Shown here: piece by piece, positions 9,086 through 18,438 of the stretch | How positions within the stretch are numbered: position 1 is the first letter of the stretch | How the letters are laid out: each line of letters opens with the position of its first letter | NCBI RefSeq assembly: GCF_019334725.1 | Contig: NZ_CP079818.1 | Location: forward strand, 137,793 to 169,792 | Source of the DNA: Neisseria perflava | GTDB taxonomy: Bacteria > Pseudomonadota > Gammaproteobacteria > Burkholderiales > Neisseriaceae | Direction of reading: 5' to 3' | Length of the DNA: 32,000 bases | Notes under the pieces: model-generated | The model's input: the letters and a program-made list of their open reading frames with translations, nothing else | Told to the model about the DNA's origin: nothing | Databases searched by the model: none | Translations under genes and position numbers: made by a program

Positions 9086-9895
9086 TTAAAAACGGAACAA
9101 TACCAGGCTGACGGCAATCACCGCCATACCCGTTGTCAGGCCGTAAACGGTTTCATGGCCGTCTGAATAGCGTTTGGCGGCCGGCAGCAGCTCGTCCAAC
9201 GCCAAAAACACCATCACACCAGCTATCACGCCGAACACCGAACCGAACACGGCAGGCGATAAAAACGGCTGCAAAACCAAATAGCCCAAAGCCGCCCCCA
9301 AAGGCTCGGCCAAGCCGGATAGCAGACACGCCCATACCGTTTTCTTACGGCTGCGGGTGGCAAAATAAACCGGCGCGGCGATGGAAATGCCCTCCGGAAT
9401 ATTATGGATGGCAATCGCCAAGGCCAAAGGCATCCCGACCGCCGGATTTTCCAAGGTGGCAAAAAACGTCGCCAAGCCTTCGGGGAAATTGTGCGCCGTA
9501 ATCGCAAACGCCGCCATCATACCGACTCGCGCAATATGGCGGCGTTTGCTTTCTTGAAAAGACGGGTCTTGCGCATCTAAGGTTTCATGCGGGTTCGGCA
9601 CCAGGCGGTCAATCAGTGCGATGCCGCCCATACCGGCCAAAAATGCCATGGTCGCCGCCGCAAACGCGTGGTCTTTATCATAAATTTCAGCGAACGCCTC
9701 GCTGGACTTACTGAAAATTTCCGTCAGAGAAACATAAACCATCGCACCGCCGGCAAATGCCAAACCAAACGACAACACGCGCGGATTAGGCGTTTTGGAA
9801 AACATCACCAAGCCGCTGCCTAATACGGTAAACAAACCGGCAGCCAACGTGATGGAAAAGGCAACGGCCAAATTGGACATCGAAAAATCGGGCAT
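9086..9895 (-). CDS. zupT: ZIP-family zinc transporter ZupT
   Basis: 269 aa polytopic membrane protein with the ZIP signature region AITAHNFPEGLA ... AIAIHNIPEGISIA. An alternative start lies at Met6. Confidence 0.85.
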   Translation of the reverse strand: MPDFSMSNLAVAFSITLAAGLFTVLGSGLVMFSKTPNPRVLSFGLAFAGGAMVYVSLTEIFSKSSEAFAEIYDKDHAFAAATMAFLAGMGGIALIDRLVPNPHETLDAQDPSFQESKRRHIARVGMMAAFAITAHNFPEGLATFFATLENPAVGMPLALAIAIHNIPEGISIAAPVYFATRSRKKTVWACLLSGLAEPLGAALGYLVLQPFLSPAVFGSVFGVIAGVMVFLALDELLPAAKRYSDGHETVYGLTTGMAVIAVSLVLFRF

Positions 9896-9953
9896 GAGAA
9901 GACCTGCGCTAAAAGCTGGGACAGGTTCAGACTAACACTTTTTAATGCGCATG

Positions 9954-9967
9954 ATAATAGTTATTAT
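9954..9967. promoter_or_regulatory. AT-rich palindrome ATAATA-GT-TATTAT, possible Fur/Zur-type operator upstream of zupT
   Basis: Lies 59-72 nt upstream of the zupT start and is embedded in TGATAATAGTTATTATT, which resembles Fur-family box half-sites (GATAAT / ATTATC). Sequence resemblance only. Confidence 0.3.
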
Positions 9968-10002
9968 TTATTTTATTGATTAGGTACACAGATTTTGAAA
10001 CA

Positions 10003-10038
10003 AAAGGCCGTCTGAAAAATAATTTTCAGACGGCCTTT
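10003..10038. terminator. Inverted AG-DUS pair hairpin downstream of dadA
   Basis: AAAGGCCGTCTGAAAA - ATAA - TTTTCAGACGGCCTTT. Confidence 0.7.
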
Positions 10039-10075
10039 AAATTTGAAATGCCGCTAAACCTTATCGCTTTCCAGC

Positions 10076-11332
10076 TTAAGCCTGATAACGCGACAGGCTC
10101 AAATCGTCGCTTCGGATTTCGGTATCTTTGCCGCTCACGATATCGGCGGTTAATTTTGCCGAACCCAGCGACATGGTCCAGCCCAAAGTACCGTGGCCGG
10201 TATTCAGGAAGAGATTATCAAAGCGGGTGCGCCCGATTAGCGGTGTGCTGTCGGGCGTCATCGGTCTGAGACCGCTCCAGAACAATGCTTGTTTCAAATC
10301 GCCGCCTTCGGGGAACAAGTCGTTGACGACCAAAGCCAAGGTTTCGCGGCGTTTTTCGGGCAGTTTGATTTCGTAGCCAGACAATTCCGCCATGCCGCCG
10401 ACGCGGATTCTGTTGTCAAAGCGCGTGATGGCGACTTTGTAGCTTTCATCTAAAACGGTGGAAACCGGTGCGCCGTCTGAGTTTGTGACGGGCAGGGTCA
10501 AGGAATAGCCTTTGACGGGATAAATCGGCAGATTGAGATCCAACTGCGCCAACACAGTCCTGCTGAAGCAGCCGAGCGCGCAGACAACGGCATCTGCTTC
10601 AAACCGCCCTGTTTCGGTTTCAACGGCTTTGATGCGCAGCCCGTTGTGGTCGATGCGGCTGATGGTTTGGTTGAAGTGGAACTGTACGCCCTTTTCCTGA
10701 CACAATTTGTATAGGTTTTCAGTGAAGAGGTGGCAGTCGCCGGTCGCATCCGCAGGCAGGTGCAGGCCGCCGGCAATTTTTGCGGTAACGCGTGCCAGCG
10801 CAGGCTCAAACTCGGCGCATTCTTCGGGTTTCAGACGGCGGTACGGCACGCCGTAGCGTTCCAAAACGGCAATGTCTTGTTCTGCCGCTTCGACTTCTTT
10901 AGCCTGACGGAAAATCTGCAACGTCCCTTTTTTGCGCCCTTCAAAATTCATGCCGGTTTGCGCTTCAAAACGGCGGAACATTTCTCGGCTGTATTCAGAA
11001 ATCCTGACCATGCGCTCTTTGTTGATTTGATAGCGCGCGGCCGTGCAGTTTTGCAGCATTTGCCACAGCCATTCGATTTGATACAGGCTGCCGTCAGGGC
11101 GAAACAGCAAAGGCGGATGGCTTTTAAACAGCCATTTCAGCGCTTTGGTCGGAATACCGGGAGCAGCCCACGGCGTGGTATAGCCGTAAGAAAGCTGGCC
11201 TGCATTGGCAAAACTGGTTTCCATCGCCACACCCTCGGCGCGGTCGATGACTGTTACTTCATGTCCTGCCTCTGCCAGATACCACGCGGAAGATACGCCG
11301 GCAACACCAGCACCTAAAACAAGCACTTTCAT
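10076..11332 (-). CDS. dadA: D-amino acid dehydrogenase
   Basis: [31 protein letters not shown] (FAD Rossmann GxGxxG) and full-length DadA-like sequence. Start at ATG 11332 with GGAGGAG RBS. It is adjacent to an alanine symporter, as in other Neisseria. Confidence 0.9.
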   Translation of the reverse strand: MKVLVLGAGVAGVSSAWYLAEAGHEVTVIDRAEGVAMETSFANAGQLSYGYTTPWAAPGIPTKALKWLFKSHPPLLFRPDGSLYQIEWLWQMLQNCTAARYQINKERMVRISEYSREMFRRFEAQTGMNFEGRKKGTLQIFRQAKEVEAAEQDIAVLERYGVPYRRLKPEECAEFEPALARVTAKIAGGLHLPADATGDCHLFTENLYKLCQEKGVQFHFNQTISRIDHNGLRIKAVETETGRFEADAVVCALGCFSRTVLAQLDLNLPIYPVKGYSLTLPVTNSDGAPVSTVLDESYKVAITRFDNRIRVGGMAELSGYEIKLPEKRRETLALVVNDLFPEGGDLKQALFWSGLRPMTPDSTPLIGRTRFDNLFLNTGHGTLGWTMSLGSAKLTADIVSGKDTEIRSDDLSLSRYQA

Positions 11333-11378
11333 TTTTCTCCTCCTCTGACTTTTTTCCAAACAGACTTAATATACATCG

Positions 11379-11408
11379 GGCCGTCTGAATATTCAGATTC
11401 AGACGGCC
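11379..11408. terminator. Inverted DUS pair hairpin downstream of the symporter gene
   Basis: GGCCGTCTGAA ... TTCAGACGGCC. Confidence 0.65.
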
Positions 11409-11415
11409 TTGGACA

Positions 11416-12807
11416 TTAATGCGGCAATTCGCCGTTTTTGATTTTTTGTTTGAAGTCGCGCGTTTCATTGACGATGACTTTCGCCATCAACAAAAGCGCA
11501 ATCAGGTTGGGCAACGCCATCAAGCCGTTGAATGTGTCCGAAGCCAGCCACACCAAATCAAGGCTCAACACGGTTCCCAGCATAACCGAAGAAACATAAC
11601 CAACGCGGTACAAACCGGCAAACTTCTCGCCGAAGACGTAAACCGCGCATTTCTCGCCGTAATAACACCAGCCGAGAATGGTTGAGTAGGCAAAGAAAAT
11701 CAGGCCGATGGTGACAATCCAGCCGCCGATGCCGGGCAGCATTTTTTGGAAAGTGACGGTTGTCAGCGCCGCGCCGCTCAATTCAGGTTTCACAAACTCG
11801 CCGCCTGCGCCGAGCAGACCCATGACCAACACGATACCGGTAATCGAACAAACGACGATGGTGTCCAAAAACGTACCGGTCATGGAAACCAATGCCTGAC
11901 GGACGGGGTGGTCGGTTTTCGCGGCGGCGGCGGCAATCGGCGCAGAACCCATGCCCGCTTCATTGGAGAACACACCGCGCGCCACGCCGTAGCGGATGAC
12001 CGTACCGATGGCACCGCCAGCCACGGCTTGCGCGCTAAACGCATCGGAGAAAATCAGTTTGACGGCAGGCATCAGTGCGTCAGAATTCACGACAATAATG
12101 GAAATACCGCCCACTACATAAAACACTGCCATGGCAGGTACGATAAAGGACGCGGCTTTGGCAATGCCCTTAATGCCGCCCAAAAGCACAATGGCCGTTA
12201 ATACAGTCAATATTACGCCGGTGTAGGCAGGTTCGACACCAAAGCTGGTTTGCACTGCCTGTGCAACCGAGTTGGACTGCACCGAGCTGCCGATACCGAA
12301 GGAAGCGAATGTGCCGAACAGTGCAAACGCAACGGCCATCCATTTCCAGTTTTTGCCCAAGCCTTTTTCGATGTAATACATCGGGCCGCCGGACATTTCA
12401 CCTTTGGAATTGGTCACGCGGTATTTCACCGCCAACACGCCTTCGCCGTATTTGGTGGCCATGCCGAAAATGGCGGTCATCCACATCCAAAATACTGCGC
12501 CCGGGCCGCCGGTTACCACCGCAGTTGCCACACCGGCGATGTTACCCGTACCGATGGTGGCGGACAGCGCGGTCATCAACGCCGCAAAATGGGAAATATC
12601 GCCTTCGTGGTCTCCGCCGTCTTCATGCTTCTTTGACGGCACAAACGCCTGTTTCAGCGCATAACCCAACATGGTGAACTGCAAGCCTTTCAGCAAAACG
12701 GTCAGCAAAATGCCCGTACCGACCAGCAGCATCAACATAATAGGTCCCCAGACCCAGCCGCTGATGGTTTCGAAAAAGGCTTTGAGATTGTCTAAAAACA
12801 ATTGCAT
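11416..12807 (-). CDS. Alanine/glycine:cation symporter (AGCS family)
   Basis: 463 aa polytopic protein with AGCS-typical segments (FAALMTALSATIGTGNIAGVATAV, GVFSNEAGMGSAPIAAAAAKTDHPVRQ). Start at ATG 12807 with AAAGGAGAAA RBS. Confidence 0.9.
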   Translation of the reverse strand: MQLFLDNLKAFFETISGWVWGPIMLMLLVGTGILLTVLLKGLQFTMLGYALKQAFVPSKKHEDGGDHEGDISHFAALMTALSATIGTGNIAGVATAVVTGGPGAVFWMWMTAIFGMATKYGEGVLAVKYRVTNSKGEMSGGPMYYIEKGLGKNWKWMAVAFALFGTFASFGIGSSVQSNSVAQAVQTSFGVEPAYTGVILTVLTAIVLLGGIKGIAKAASFIVPAMAVFYVVGGISIIVVNSDALMPAVKLIFSDAFSAQAVAGGAIGTVIRYGVARGVFSNEAGMGSAPIAAAAAKTDHPVRQALVSMTGTFLDTIVVCSITGIVLVMGLLGAGGEFVKPELSGAALTTVTFQKMLPGIGGWIVTIGLIFFAYSTILGWCYYGEKCAVYVFGEKFAGLYRVGYVSSVMLGTVLSLDLVWLASDTFNGLMALPNLIALLLMAKVIVNETRDFKQKIKNGELPH

Positions 12808-13118
12808 GGCTTTCTCCTTTGTCTGTTTTATTTTTTTATGCACTACTTTTTGTAGTGTCATGTAATTTCAGCACAGAATATTCAATAAGACAATATCTTT
12901 CTTTTTAAAAAGATTTTTGAGGTTTTACCCTAAAAAGATATCTATTTAGACCGGTCAGATTGTTTACAATCCGCTAAAAATAAAGGCTGCGGCCGAGATA
13001 AAATGCCAAATGAAAGTTAATCAACCATTAATTAAGACTGCATCAATTAAAATGACACAATCGACAAATGGCACATTATTGAAAAATACAAACACGCAAA
13101 TCTTGCTTTAAAAAAGCC

Positions 13119-13154
13119 TCAGGCCGTCTGAAAGATGGTTTTCAGACGGCCTGA
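13119..13154. terminator. Inverted AG-DUS pair hairpin downstream of the ATP-grasp gene
   Basis: TCAGGCCGTCTGAAA - GATGG - TTTTCAGACGGCCTGA. Confidence 0.7.
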
Positions 13155-13174
13155 TGCTTGTTAACTATATTGAT

Positions 13175-14032
13175 TCAGGTTGATGAATGTTGCCCAAGTA
13201 ACTGCGCCAACAGTCGGGCAAAGCGTTCTGTCGCGCCTTCGCTGGTGTGCAAATACAGGGCTGGCTCGATGAGTTCCAATTCATTGAGCAGGAAGGTATC
13301 GCCGACCAATGTACCGTCCACTCGGGCGTAAACCGGCATTTGCGGCAAAGCGGCCAGTACGTCTTGTGCGGCACTGATGGCAAACTCGGGTGGCTCAATA
13401 CCGAACACCGACACACCATAGGCCGAGTTGGCGCGCCATTCGCCTTGCGGCGGCTGACGGCGTACGGCATGGCTGAATATGCCGTTGAAAAACACCAGCG
13501 AGGTTTCACCCACCGTTTCGATTTCGCGGATATACGGTTGAACAATCATACCTTGCGGATAATCCACCATATCCACGTCCAATTCCTCCGCACAAACTTT
13601 GACCACGCCTTTGCCGCTCTGCCCGAATGCAGGCTTGATGACCGCGTTCGGCCATCCTTGTTGGTTCAGGATGTCGGACAATTCAGCTTTTTGCGGCGGA
13701 ACGAACACGCTGGGAATCACTTGCGCGCCGCGTTCTGCTAAATCACACAAATAAGTCTTTTCCATATTCCAAGCCATCAGCTCGGGCGGATTGATAAAAC
13801 GCTGCCCCGCCCGCTCGGCTTGTTCCAGCCATTGGCGGAAGGCTTCGGGTTCGGCGGCATAATCCCATGCACACAAAGGCAGTAAAAACGGCGCGGACGG
13901 ATGGTTTTGCCACGCATCAAATACGGTTTTCACGCCCATGCTTTCCAAGCATGCCGCCAATGTTTTCAGGTTGTCCGATGGTTCGGGATAAGTTTGGCAG
14001 GTAATGAGTGCCAAAACGGTTTGCTCGGTCAT
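13175..14032 (-). CDS. ATP-grasp domain protein (RimK / glutathione-synthetase-like ligase)
   Basis: 285 aa from ATG 14032; IKPAFGQSGKGV, QPYIREIETVGETSLVFFNG, YARVDG...LNELELIEPAL are ATP-grasp fold hallmarks. The 110-codon upstream extension in the ORF track overlaps the divergent photolyase gene and looks non-coding. Confidence 0.7.
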   Translation of the reverse strand: MTEQTVLALITCQTYPEPSDNLKTLAACLESMGVKTVFDAWQNHPSAPFLLPLCAWDYAAEPEAFRQWLEQAERAGQRFINPPELMAWNMEKTYLCDLAERGAQVIPSVFVPPQKAELSDILNQQGWPNAVIKPAFGQSGKGVVKVCAEELDVDMVDYPQGMIVQPYIREIETVGETSLVFFNGIFSHAVRRQPPQGEWRANSAYGVSVFGIEPPEFAISAAQDVLAALPQMPVYARVDGTLVGDTFLLNELELIEPALYLHTSEGATERFARLLAQLLGQHSST

Positions 14033-14152
14033 GGTTGCCGCCTCGTTGCTAAAACCAAAATTATATAGCGAAATCAAACCAAAAGATTTTTCAGACGGCC
14101 TGATACAGGAGGCCGATTCTGATAAAATGGTTTTCCCCTTTTCCGTCGGAAC

Positions 14153-15394
14153 ATGCTCATGAAATCTGCCCACGTCCTTGTCTGGTTCCGCCGCAACCTC
14201 CGCCTGCACGACAATGCCGCGCTTAATGCCGCCGTTGCAAGCGGTTTGCCCATCGCCTGCGTCTGGGTCAGCCAAAGGCCGTCTGAAAACCACAATCCGC
14301 GTCAAAGCCTGTTCCACTATCAAGCCGCGCAAGAGCTGCATACCCGTCTGGCGGCACACCATATTCCTTTATATGTCGTTGCCTCCGACGAAGACCTCCT
14401 CCCCTTGGCTGCTGCGCTTAATGCCCATACCGTTATCACAGATGAAGCCTACACCGAAGCCGAAATCCGCCAAGACAACCACCTCTGGCACAATTTCGAC
14501 CGAGCAGGCATTGCCCTGCAACACGCCAACGACCGCGGCATTTTGGCCAAATCCCCCCTCATGGATGCCAACGGCCTGCCCTACACCGATTTTGTCGCCT
14601 ATAAACAGGCATGGTTGCAGGCTTATTCAGGACAAAGGCCGTCTGAAACCGAATTGTCTGTTCAAACCGAACAAAACGTTCCACTGTTTCCAGCCCATAC
14701 CGGCGCAGTATTGCCTGCCTATCAGCAGGGCGGCGAAACCGCAGCCTTAACGCAATGGCACGCGTTCAAACAGAATTTGGTTCACTACCCGATTACTCAA
14801 AATTTTCCGGCACGAAAAAACACCAGCCTCCTCAATGCCTACCTGTCCGCAGGCTGCATTTCACCGCGCCTGCTGGCCGCCGAAGGCTTGGCAAACCGAC
14901 ATTTCGAGTGGCTGGACAAGCTTATTTTCCGCGACTACTGCTACCAGCTCGCCTACCACCGCCGCCTGCCCGAAACAACCGATGCCGCTCCGGTACGCAA
15001 ATACTGGCGACACGGCCAAACCGGCGTGCCCATCATCGACGCCTCCATCCGCGGCCTCAAAGCCACCGGCCACTTACACCCCGTTCTCCAGCAGCTGTGT
15101 GCCCACTATTTCTGCCATGCGCTCAACCTTGACCCCAACCAAGGCATCGCATGGACAGCCTCCGTCCAAACCGGCACCGACCCCGCGCTCAACCAAGCCA
15201 ACTGGCACCTCGCCGCACAAGACACGGCCACCGTCCGCTATGCCCACCGTTCACATCAAATCGACCCCGACGGCAGCTACATCCGCAGTTACCTCCCCGA
15301 ATTGGCGCACCTACCGTCCACCCTCATCCACACGCCGTGGGCAGCCGCCGACGACATCGACACACACGGCTACCCCTTCCCCAAGGCCGTCTGA
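14153..15394 (+). CDS. Deoxyribodipyrimidine photolyase / cryptochrome family homologue (short, divergent C-terminal domain)
   Basis: N-terminal LVWFRRNLRLHDNAAL and C-terminal GQTGVPIIDASIRGLKATG ... DPDGSYIRSYLPEL match the photolyase family. It has 413 aa versus about 470 in E. coli Phr. Confidence 0.75.
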   Translation: MLMKSAHVLVWFRRNLRLHDNAALNAAVASGLPIACVWVSQRPSENHNPRQSLFHYQAAQELHTRLAAHHIPLYVVASDEDLLPLAAALNAHTVITDEAYTEAEIRQDNHLWHNFDRAGIALQHANDRGILAKSPLMDANGLPYTDFVAYKQAWLQAYSGQRPSETELSVQTEQNVPLFPAHTGAVLPAYQQGGETAALTQWHAFKQNLVHYPITQNFPARKNTSLLNAYLSAGCISPRLLAAEGLANRHFEWLDKLIFRDYCYQLAYHRRLPETTDAAPVRKYWRHGQTGVPIIDASIRGLKATGHLHPVLQQLCAHYFCHALNLDPNQGIAWTASVQTGTDPALNQANWHLAAQDTATVRYAHRSHQIDPDGSYIRSYLPELAHLPSTLIHTPWAAADDIDTHGYPFPKAV

Positions 15395-15541
15395 AACCTG
15401 GGTTCACACCAAAAAACCACACTAAATACAGCTGAAAAACGTTCAAACAAAATATTTTGGTTTCAGACGGCCAAACAGATTGAATAGCCAAGATTTACAC
15501 GGTAAACTTACGTCATTAAAAAATTTTATTATTTCATTACA

Positions 15542-16261
15542 ATGAAACCCGCATTCGACATAAAAACGTCACGTTTGGACGTCTTATCCATCCATCTGCA
15601 CACCGCAGATCTAACAGAATTGGAAGAATTCCTGCGCCAACTGGCAGGCCAATCTCAAGACGAATTCGTTCCCTTCATTTTAGACGTACAAGATTTCGAC
15701 CACCCCGAATCCATCGATTTGGGCGGCATGATTTCCCTGTTTGCCCGTTACGGCATGCAAATTTTAGGGCTGCACCACACCAGCGACACATGGGCGGCAG
15801 CAGCGGCGCGTTATCATTTGGTATTCAAACAAGGTAACTCCACCCAGGCAGCCGACACACAGGCAGCGCCTACCCCGCGCCAAGCACCACAGCCGCAAGA
15901 CGTACAAGCCACCGTTATCAACAATCCGACCGTATTGGTCAGCACGCCCGTGCGTACCGGCCAGCAGGTTTACGCTGAAAACGGCGACCTCATCGTTACC
16001 GGCATCGTCAGCCAAGGTGCGGAACTTATCGCCGACGGCAACATCCATATTTACGCCCCCATGCGCGGCAGAGCGTTGGCCGGTGCCAAAGGCAATACCA
16101 ACGCGCGCATCTTTATTCATTCCATGCAGGCCGAATTAGTCTCCGTTGCCGGTATCTACCGCAACTTCGAGCAAGACCTGCCCGAGCATCTGCACAAAAA
16201 ACCCGTACAAGTATCATTGCAAGACAACCGACTGGTTATCAGCGCAATCGACGCCGAATAA
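15542..16261 (+). CDS. minC: Septum site-determining protein MinC
   Basis: 239 aa; C-terminal beta-helix region VRTGQQVYAENGDLIVTGIVSQGAELIADGNIHIYAPMRGRALAG; immediately upstream of minD-minE. Confidence 0.9.
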   Translation: MKPAFDIKTSRLDVLSIHLHTADLTELEEFLRQLAGQSQDEFVPFILDVQDFDHPESIDLGGMISLFARYGMQILGLHHTSDTWAAAAARYHLVFKQGNSTQAADTQAAPTPRQAPQPQDVQATVINNPTVLVSTPVRTGQQVYAENGDLIVTGIVSQGAELIADGNIHIYAPMRGRALAGAKGNTNARIFIHSMQAELVSVAGIYRNFEQDLPEHLHKKPVQVSLQDNRLVISAIDAE

Positions 16262-16287
16262 ACATCAGTACTTAAAAAGGAAATATC

Positions 16288-17103
16288 GTGTCCAAAATCA
16301 TCGTAGTAACTTCAGGTAAAGGCGGCGTGGGCAAGACCACTACCAGCGCCAGCATCGCAACCGGCCTGGCCCTGCGCGGCCACAAAACTGCCGTGATCGA
16401 CTTCGACGTCGGTTTGCGCAACCTTGACCTGATTATGGGTTGCGAACGCCGCGTCGTATATGACCTCATCAACGTTATCCACGGCGAAGCGACTCTCAAC
16501 CAAGCCCTGATTAAAGACAAAAACTGCGAAAACCTCTACATCCTGCCTGCATCGCAAACCCGCGACAAAGACGCGCTGACCCGCGAAGGCGTGGACAACG
16601 TGATGAAAGAGCTGGCCAGCAAAAAAATGGGCTTCGAATTCATCATCTGCGACTCCCCTGCCGGTATCGAACAAGGCGCACTGATGGCGCTCTACTTTGC
16701 CGACGAAGCCATCATTACCACCAATCCGGAAGTATCCAGCGTCCGCGACTCCGACCGTATCTTGGGCATTTTGCAAAGCAAATCCCGCAAAGCCGAACAA
16801 GGCGATACTGTTAAAGAGCACCTGCTGATTACTCGCTACTCCCCTGAGCGCGTGGCCAAGGGCGAAATGCTGTCTGTACAAGATATCTGCGACATCTTGC
16901 GTATTCCGTTGATCGGTGTGATTCCTGAATCACAAAACGTCCTGCAAGCTTCCAACGCCGGCGAACCTGTCATCCACCAAGACAATGCCGCAGCAGCAGA
17001 AGCCTACAAGGACGTTATCGCCCGCCTCTTGGGTGAAAACCGCGAAATGCGTTTCCTCGAAGCTGAGAAGAAAAGCTTCTTAAAACGACTGTTCGGAGGT
17101 TAA
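16288..17103 (+). CDS. minD: Septum site-determining ATPase MinD
   Basis: IIVVTSGKGGVGKTT deviant Walker A, 271 aa, C-terminal amphipathic helix KKSFLKRLFGG. Confidence 0.97.
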   Translation: MSKIIVVTSGKGGVGKTTTSASIATGLALRGHKTAVIDFDVGLRNLDLIMGCERRVVYDLINVIHGEATLNQALIKDKNCENLYILPASQTRDKDALTREGVDNVMKELASKKMGFEFIICDSPAGIEQGALMALYFADEAIITTNPEVSSVRDSDRILGILQSKSRKAEQGDTVKEHLLITRYSPERVAKGEMLSVQDICDILRIPLIGVIPESQNVLQASNAGEPVIHQDNAAAAEAYKDVIARLLGENREMRFLEAEKKSFLKRLFGG

Positions 17104-17106
17104 TAC

Positions 17107-17370
17107 ATGTCACTGCTCGATATGCTGTTCGGCAGAAAGCCGAAAACCGCCACCGTCGCGCGCGACCGCCTGCAAATCATCATCGCGCAAGAACGCGCAC
17201 AAGAAGGCCAAGCTCCGGACTATCTGCCGACCCTGCGTAAAGAGTTGTTGGAAGTCCTGTCCAAATACGTCAACGTATCATTGGACGACATCCGCATCTC
17301 CCAAGAGAAACAAGACGGCTTGGACGTTCTTGAGCTGAACATCACCCTGCCGGAACAAAAAAAGGCTTAA
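17107..17370 (+). CDS. minE: Cell division topological specificity factor MinE
   Basis: 87 aa, [30 protein letters not shown] is a canonical MinE N-terminus. Confidence 0.95.
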   Translation: MSLLDMLFGRKPKTATVARDRLQIIIAQERAQEGQAPDYLPTLRKELLEVLSKYVNVSLDDIRISQEKQDGLDVLELNITLPEQKKA

Positions 17371-17373
17371 CAC

Positions 17374-18294
17374 ATGACCTTGACCGAATTGCGTTACATC
17401 GTAGCCGTCGCACAAGAACGTCACTTCGGACGTGCCGCACGACGCTGCTTTGTCAGCCAGCCCACCCTCTCCATCGCCATTAAAAAGCTGGAGGAAGAGC
17501 TGTCGGTATCCCTGTTCGACCGTAGCAGCAACGACATCATCACAACCGAAGCGGGCGAGCGCATTGTCGCCCAAGCCCGCCGGGTTCTGGAAGAAGCAGA
17601 ACTCATCAAGCACCTTGCCAATGAAGAGCAAAACGAATTGGAAGGTGCGTTCAAACTCGGCCTGATTTTTACCGTTGCCCCCTACCTTCTGCCCAAGCTC
17701 ATTACCGCGCTGCGTGAAACCGCGCCGAAAATGCCGCTGATGCTGGAAGAGAACTATACCCACATCCTGACCGAGTCGCTCAAACGCGGCGATGTCGATG
17801 CAATCGTCGTTGCCGAACCGTTCCAAGAGCCGGGCATCGTAACCGAGCCTCTGTATGACGAACCTTTCTTCGTCATCGTTCCAAAAGGACATCACTTTGA
17901 AGAACTCGATGCCGTTACGCCTCAGCTTTTGGGCGAAGAACAAGTGTTGCTGCTGTCCGAAGGCAACTGTATGCGCGACCAAGTGTTGGCAAGCTGTTCC
18001 GAATTGGCTTCCAAACAAAAAATCCAAGGTTTGACCAATACCCTGCAAGGCAGCTCCATCAACACCATCCGCCACATGGTTGCCAGCGGTTTGGCCATCA
18101 GCGTCATGCCGGCTACCGCATTGACCGAAAACGACCACATGCTTTTCAGCATTATCCCGTTTGAAGGTACTGCACCGCACCGCCGTGTCGTTTTGGCCTA
18201 TCGCCGCAACTTTGTCCGTCCGAAAGCACTGACTGCTTTGCGCACTGCCATTTTGCAATCGCAACTGACCGGTGTAACGTTCGTCAACGAATAA
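17374..18294 (+). CDS. oxyR: LysR-family hydrogen-peroxide-responsive regulator OxyR
   Basis: MTLTELRYIVAVAQERHFGRAARRCFVSQPTLSIAIKKLEEEL (LysR HTH). The redox cysteine context LLLSEGNCMRDQVL plus a second Cys at ...ASCSEL is as in OxyR. The start is 3 nt after the minE stop. Confidence 0.9.
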   Translation: MTLTELRYIVAVAQERHFGRAARRCFVSQPTLSIAIKKLEEELSVSLFDRSSNDIITTEAGERIVAQARRVLEEAELIKHLANEEQNELEGAFKLGLIFTVAPYLLPKLITALRETAPKMPLMLEENYTHILTESLKRGDVDAIVVAEPFQEPGIVTEPLYDEPFFVIVPKGHHFEELDAVTPQLLGEEQVLLLSEGNCMRDQVLASCSELASKQKIQGLTNTLQGSSINTIRHMVASGLAISVMPATALTENDHMLFSIIPFEGTAPHRRVVLAYRRNFVRPKALTALRTAILQSQLTGVTFVNE

Positions 18295-18316
18295 ACCGCA
18301 AAACAAAAGATGATAT

Positions 18317-18330
18317 ATTGACATGTCAAT
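18317..18330. repeat. Perfect 14 bp palindrome ATTGACATGTCAAT in the AT-rich spacer between oxyR and the recombinase gene
   Basis: Read directly; self-complementary over all 14 positions; contains TTGACA on both strands. Confidence 0.9.
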
Positions 18331-18408
18331 TATTAAAATAAGTTAATTTCTTATCTTTATGTTTTTAATGAATATTTAGTTATTGCATTTTCAATAGAAA
18401 CGACAAAG

Positions 18409-18438
18409 AACGGCTGTTTTTACAGCCGTTTTGTTTTG
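18409..18438. terminator. Hairpin AACGGCTGT-TTTT-ACAGCCGTT followed by TTGTTTTG (bidirectional terminator candidate)
   Basis: 9 bp stem. The T-run is on the + strand (read-through from oxyR). On the - strand the hairpin starts 11 nt after the recombinase stop. Confidence 0.6.

Noticed and set aside
12808-13118. Possible glycine riboswitch or other leader RNA in the 310 nt AT-rich region upstream of the alanine/glycine symporter
   Set aside because: I could not find the conserved glycine-riboswitch cores (GGAGAG ... CACCG / CTCTGGAGAG...ACCGAAGGGGCAA-like). Only a short hairpin (CACTAC-TTTTT-GTAGTG, 12841-12857) is visible. A covariance-model scan would be needed to exclude it formally.
14033-14362. 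110-codon N-terminal extension of the ATP-grasp ORF (track start 14362)
   Set aside because: The extension overlaps the divergent photolyase gene start and the DUS-containing intergenic region. Its translation is unstructured (R/G/P-rich). The internal ATG at 14032 gives a normal ATP-grasp N-terminus.
14178-15435. Alternative-frame + ORFs within the photolyase gene (P/T/A/R-rich, up to 196 aa)
   Set aside because: These are same-strand off-frame products with extreme low-complexity composition. Only the 14153 frame shows photolyase motifs.
17278-18324. 348-aa - strand ORF covering all of oxyR
   Set aside because: It is antisense to a clear LysR/OxyR coding frame. Its composition (G, V, D, Q, F-rich) is typical of the reverse frame of a GC-rich gene. 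It shows no motifs and no RBS.
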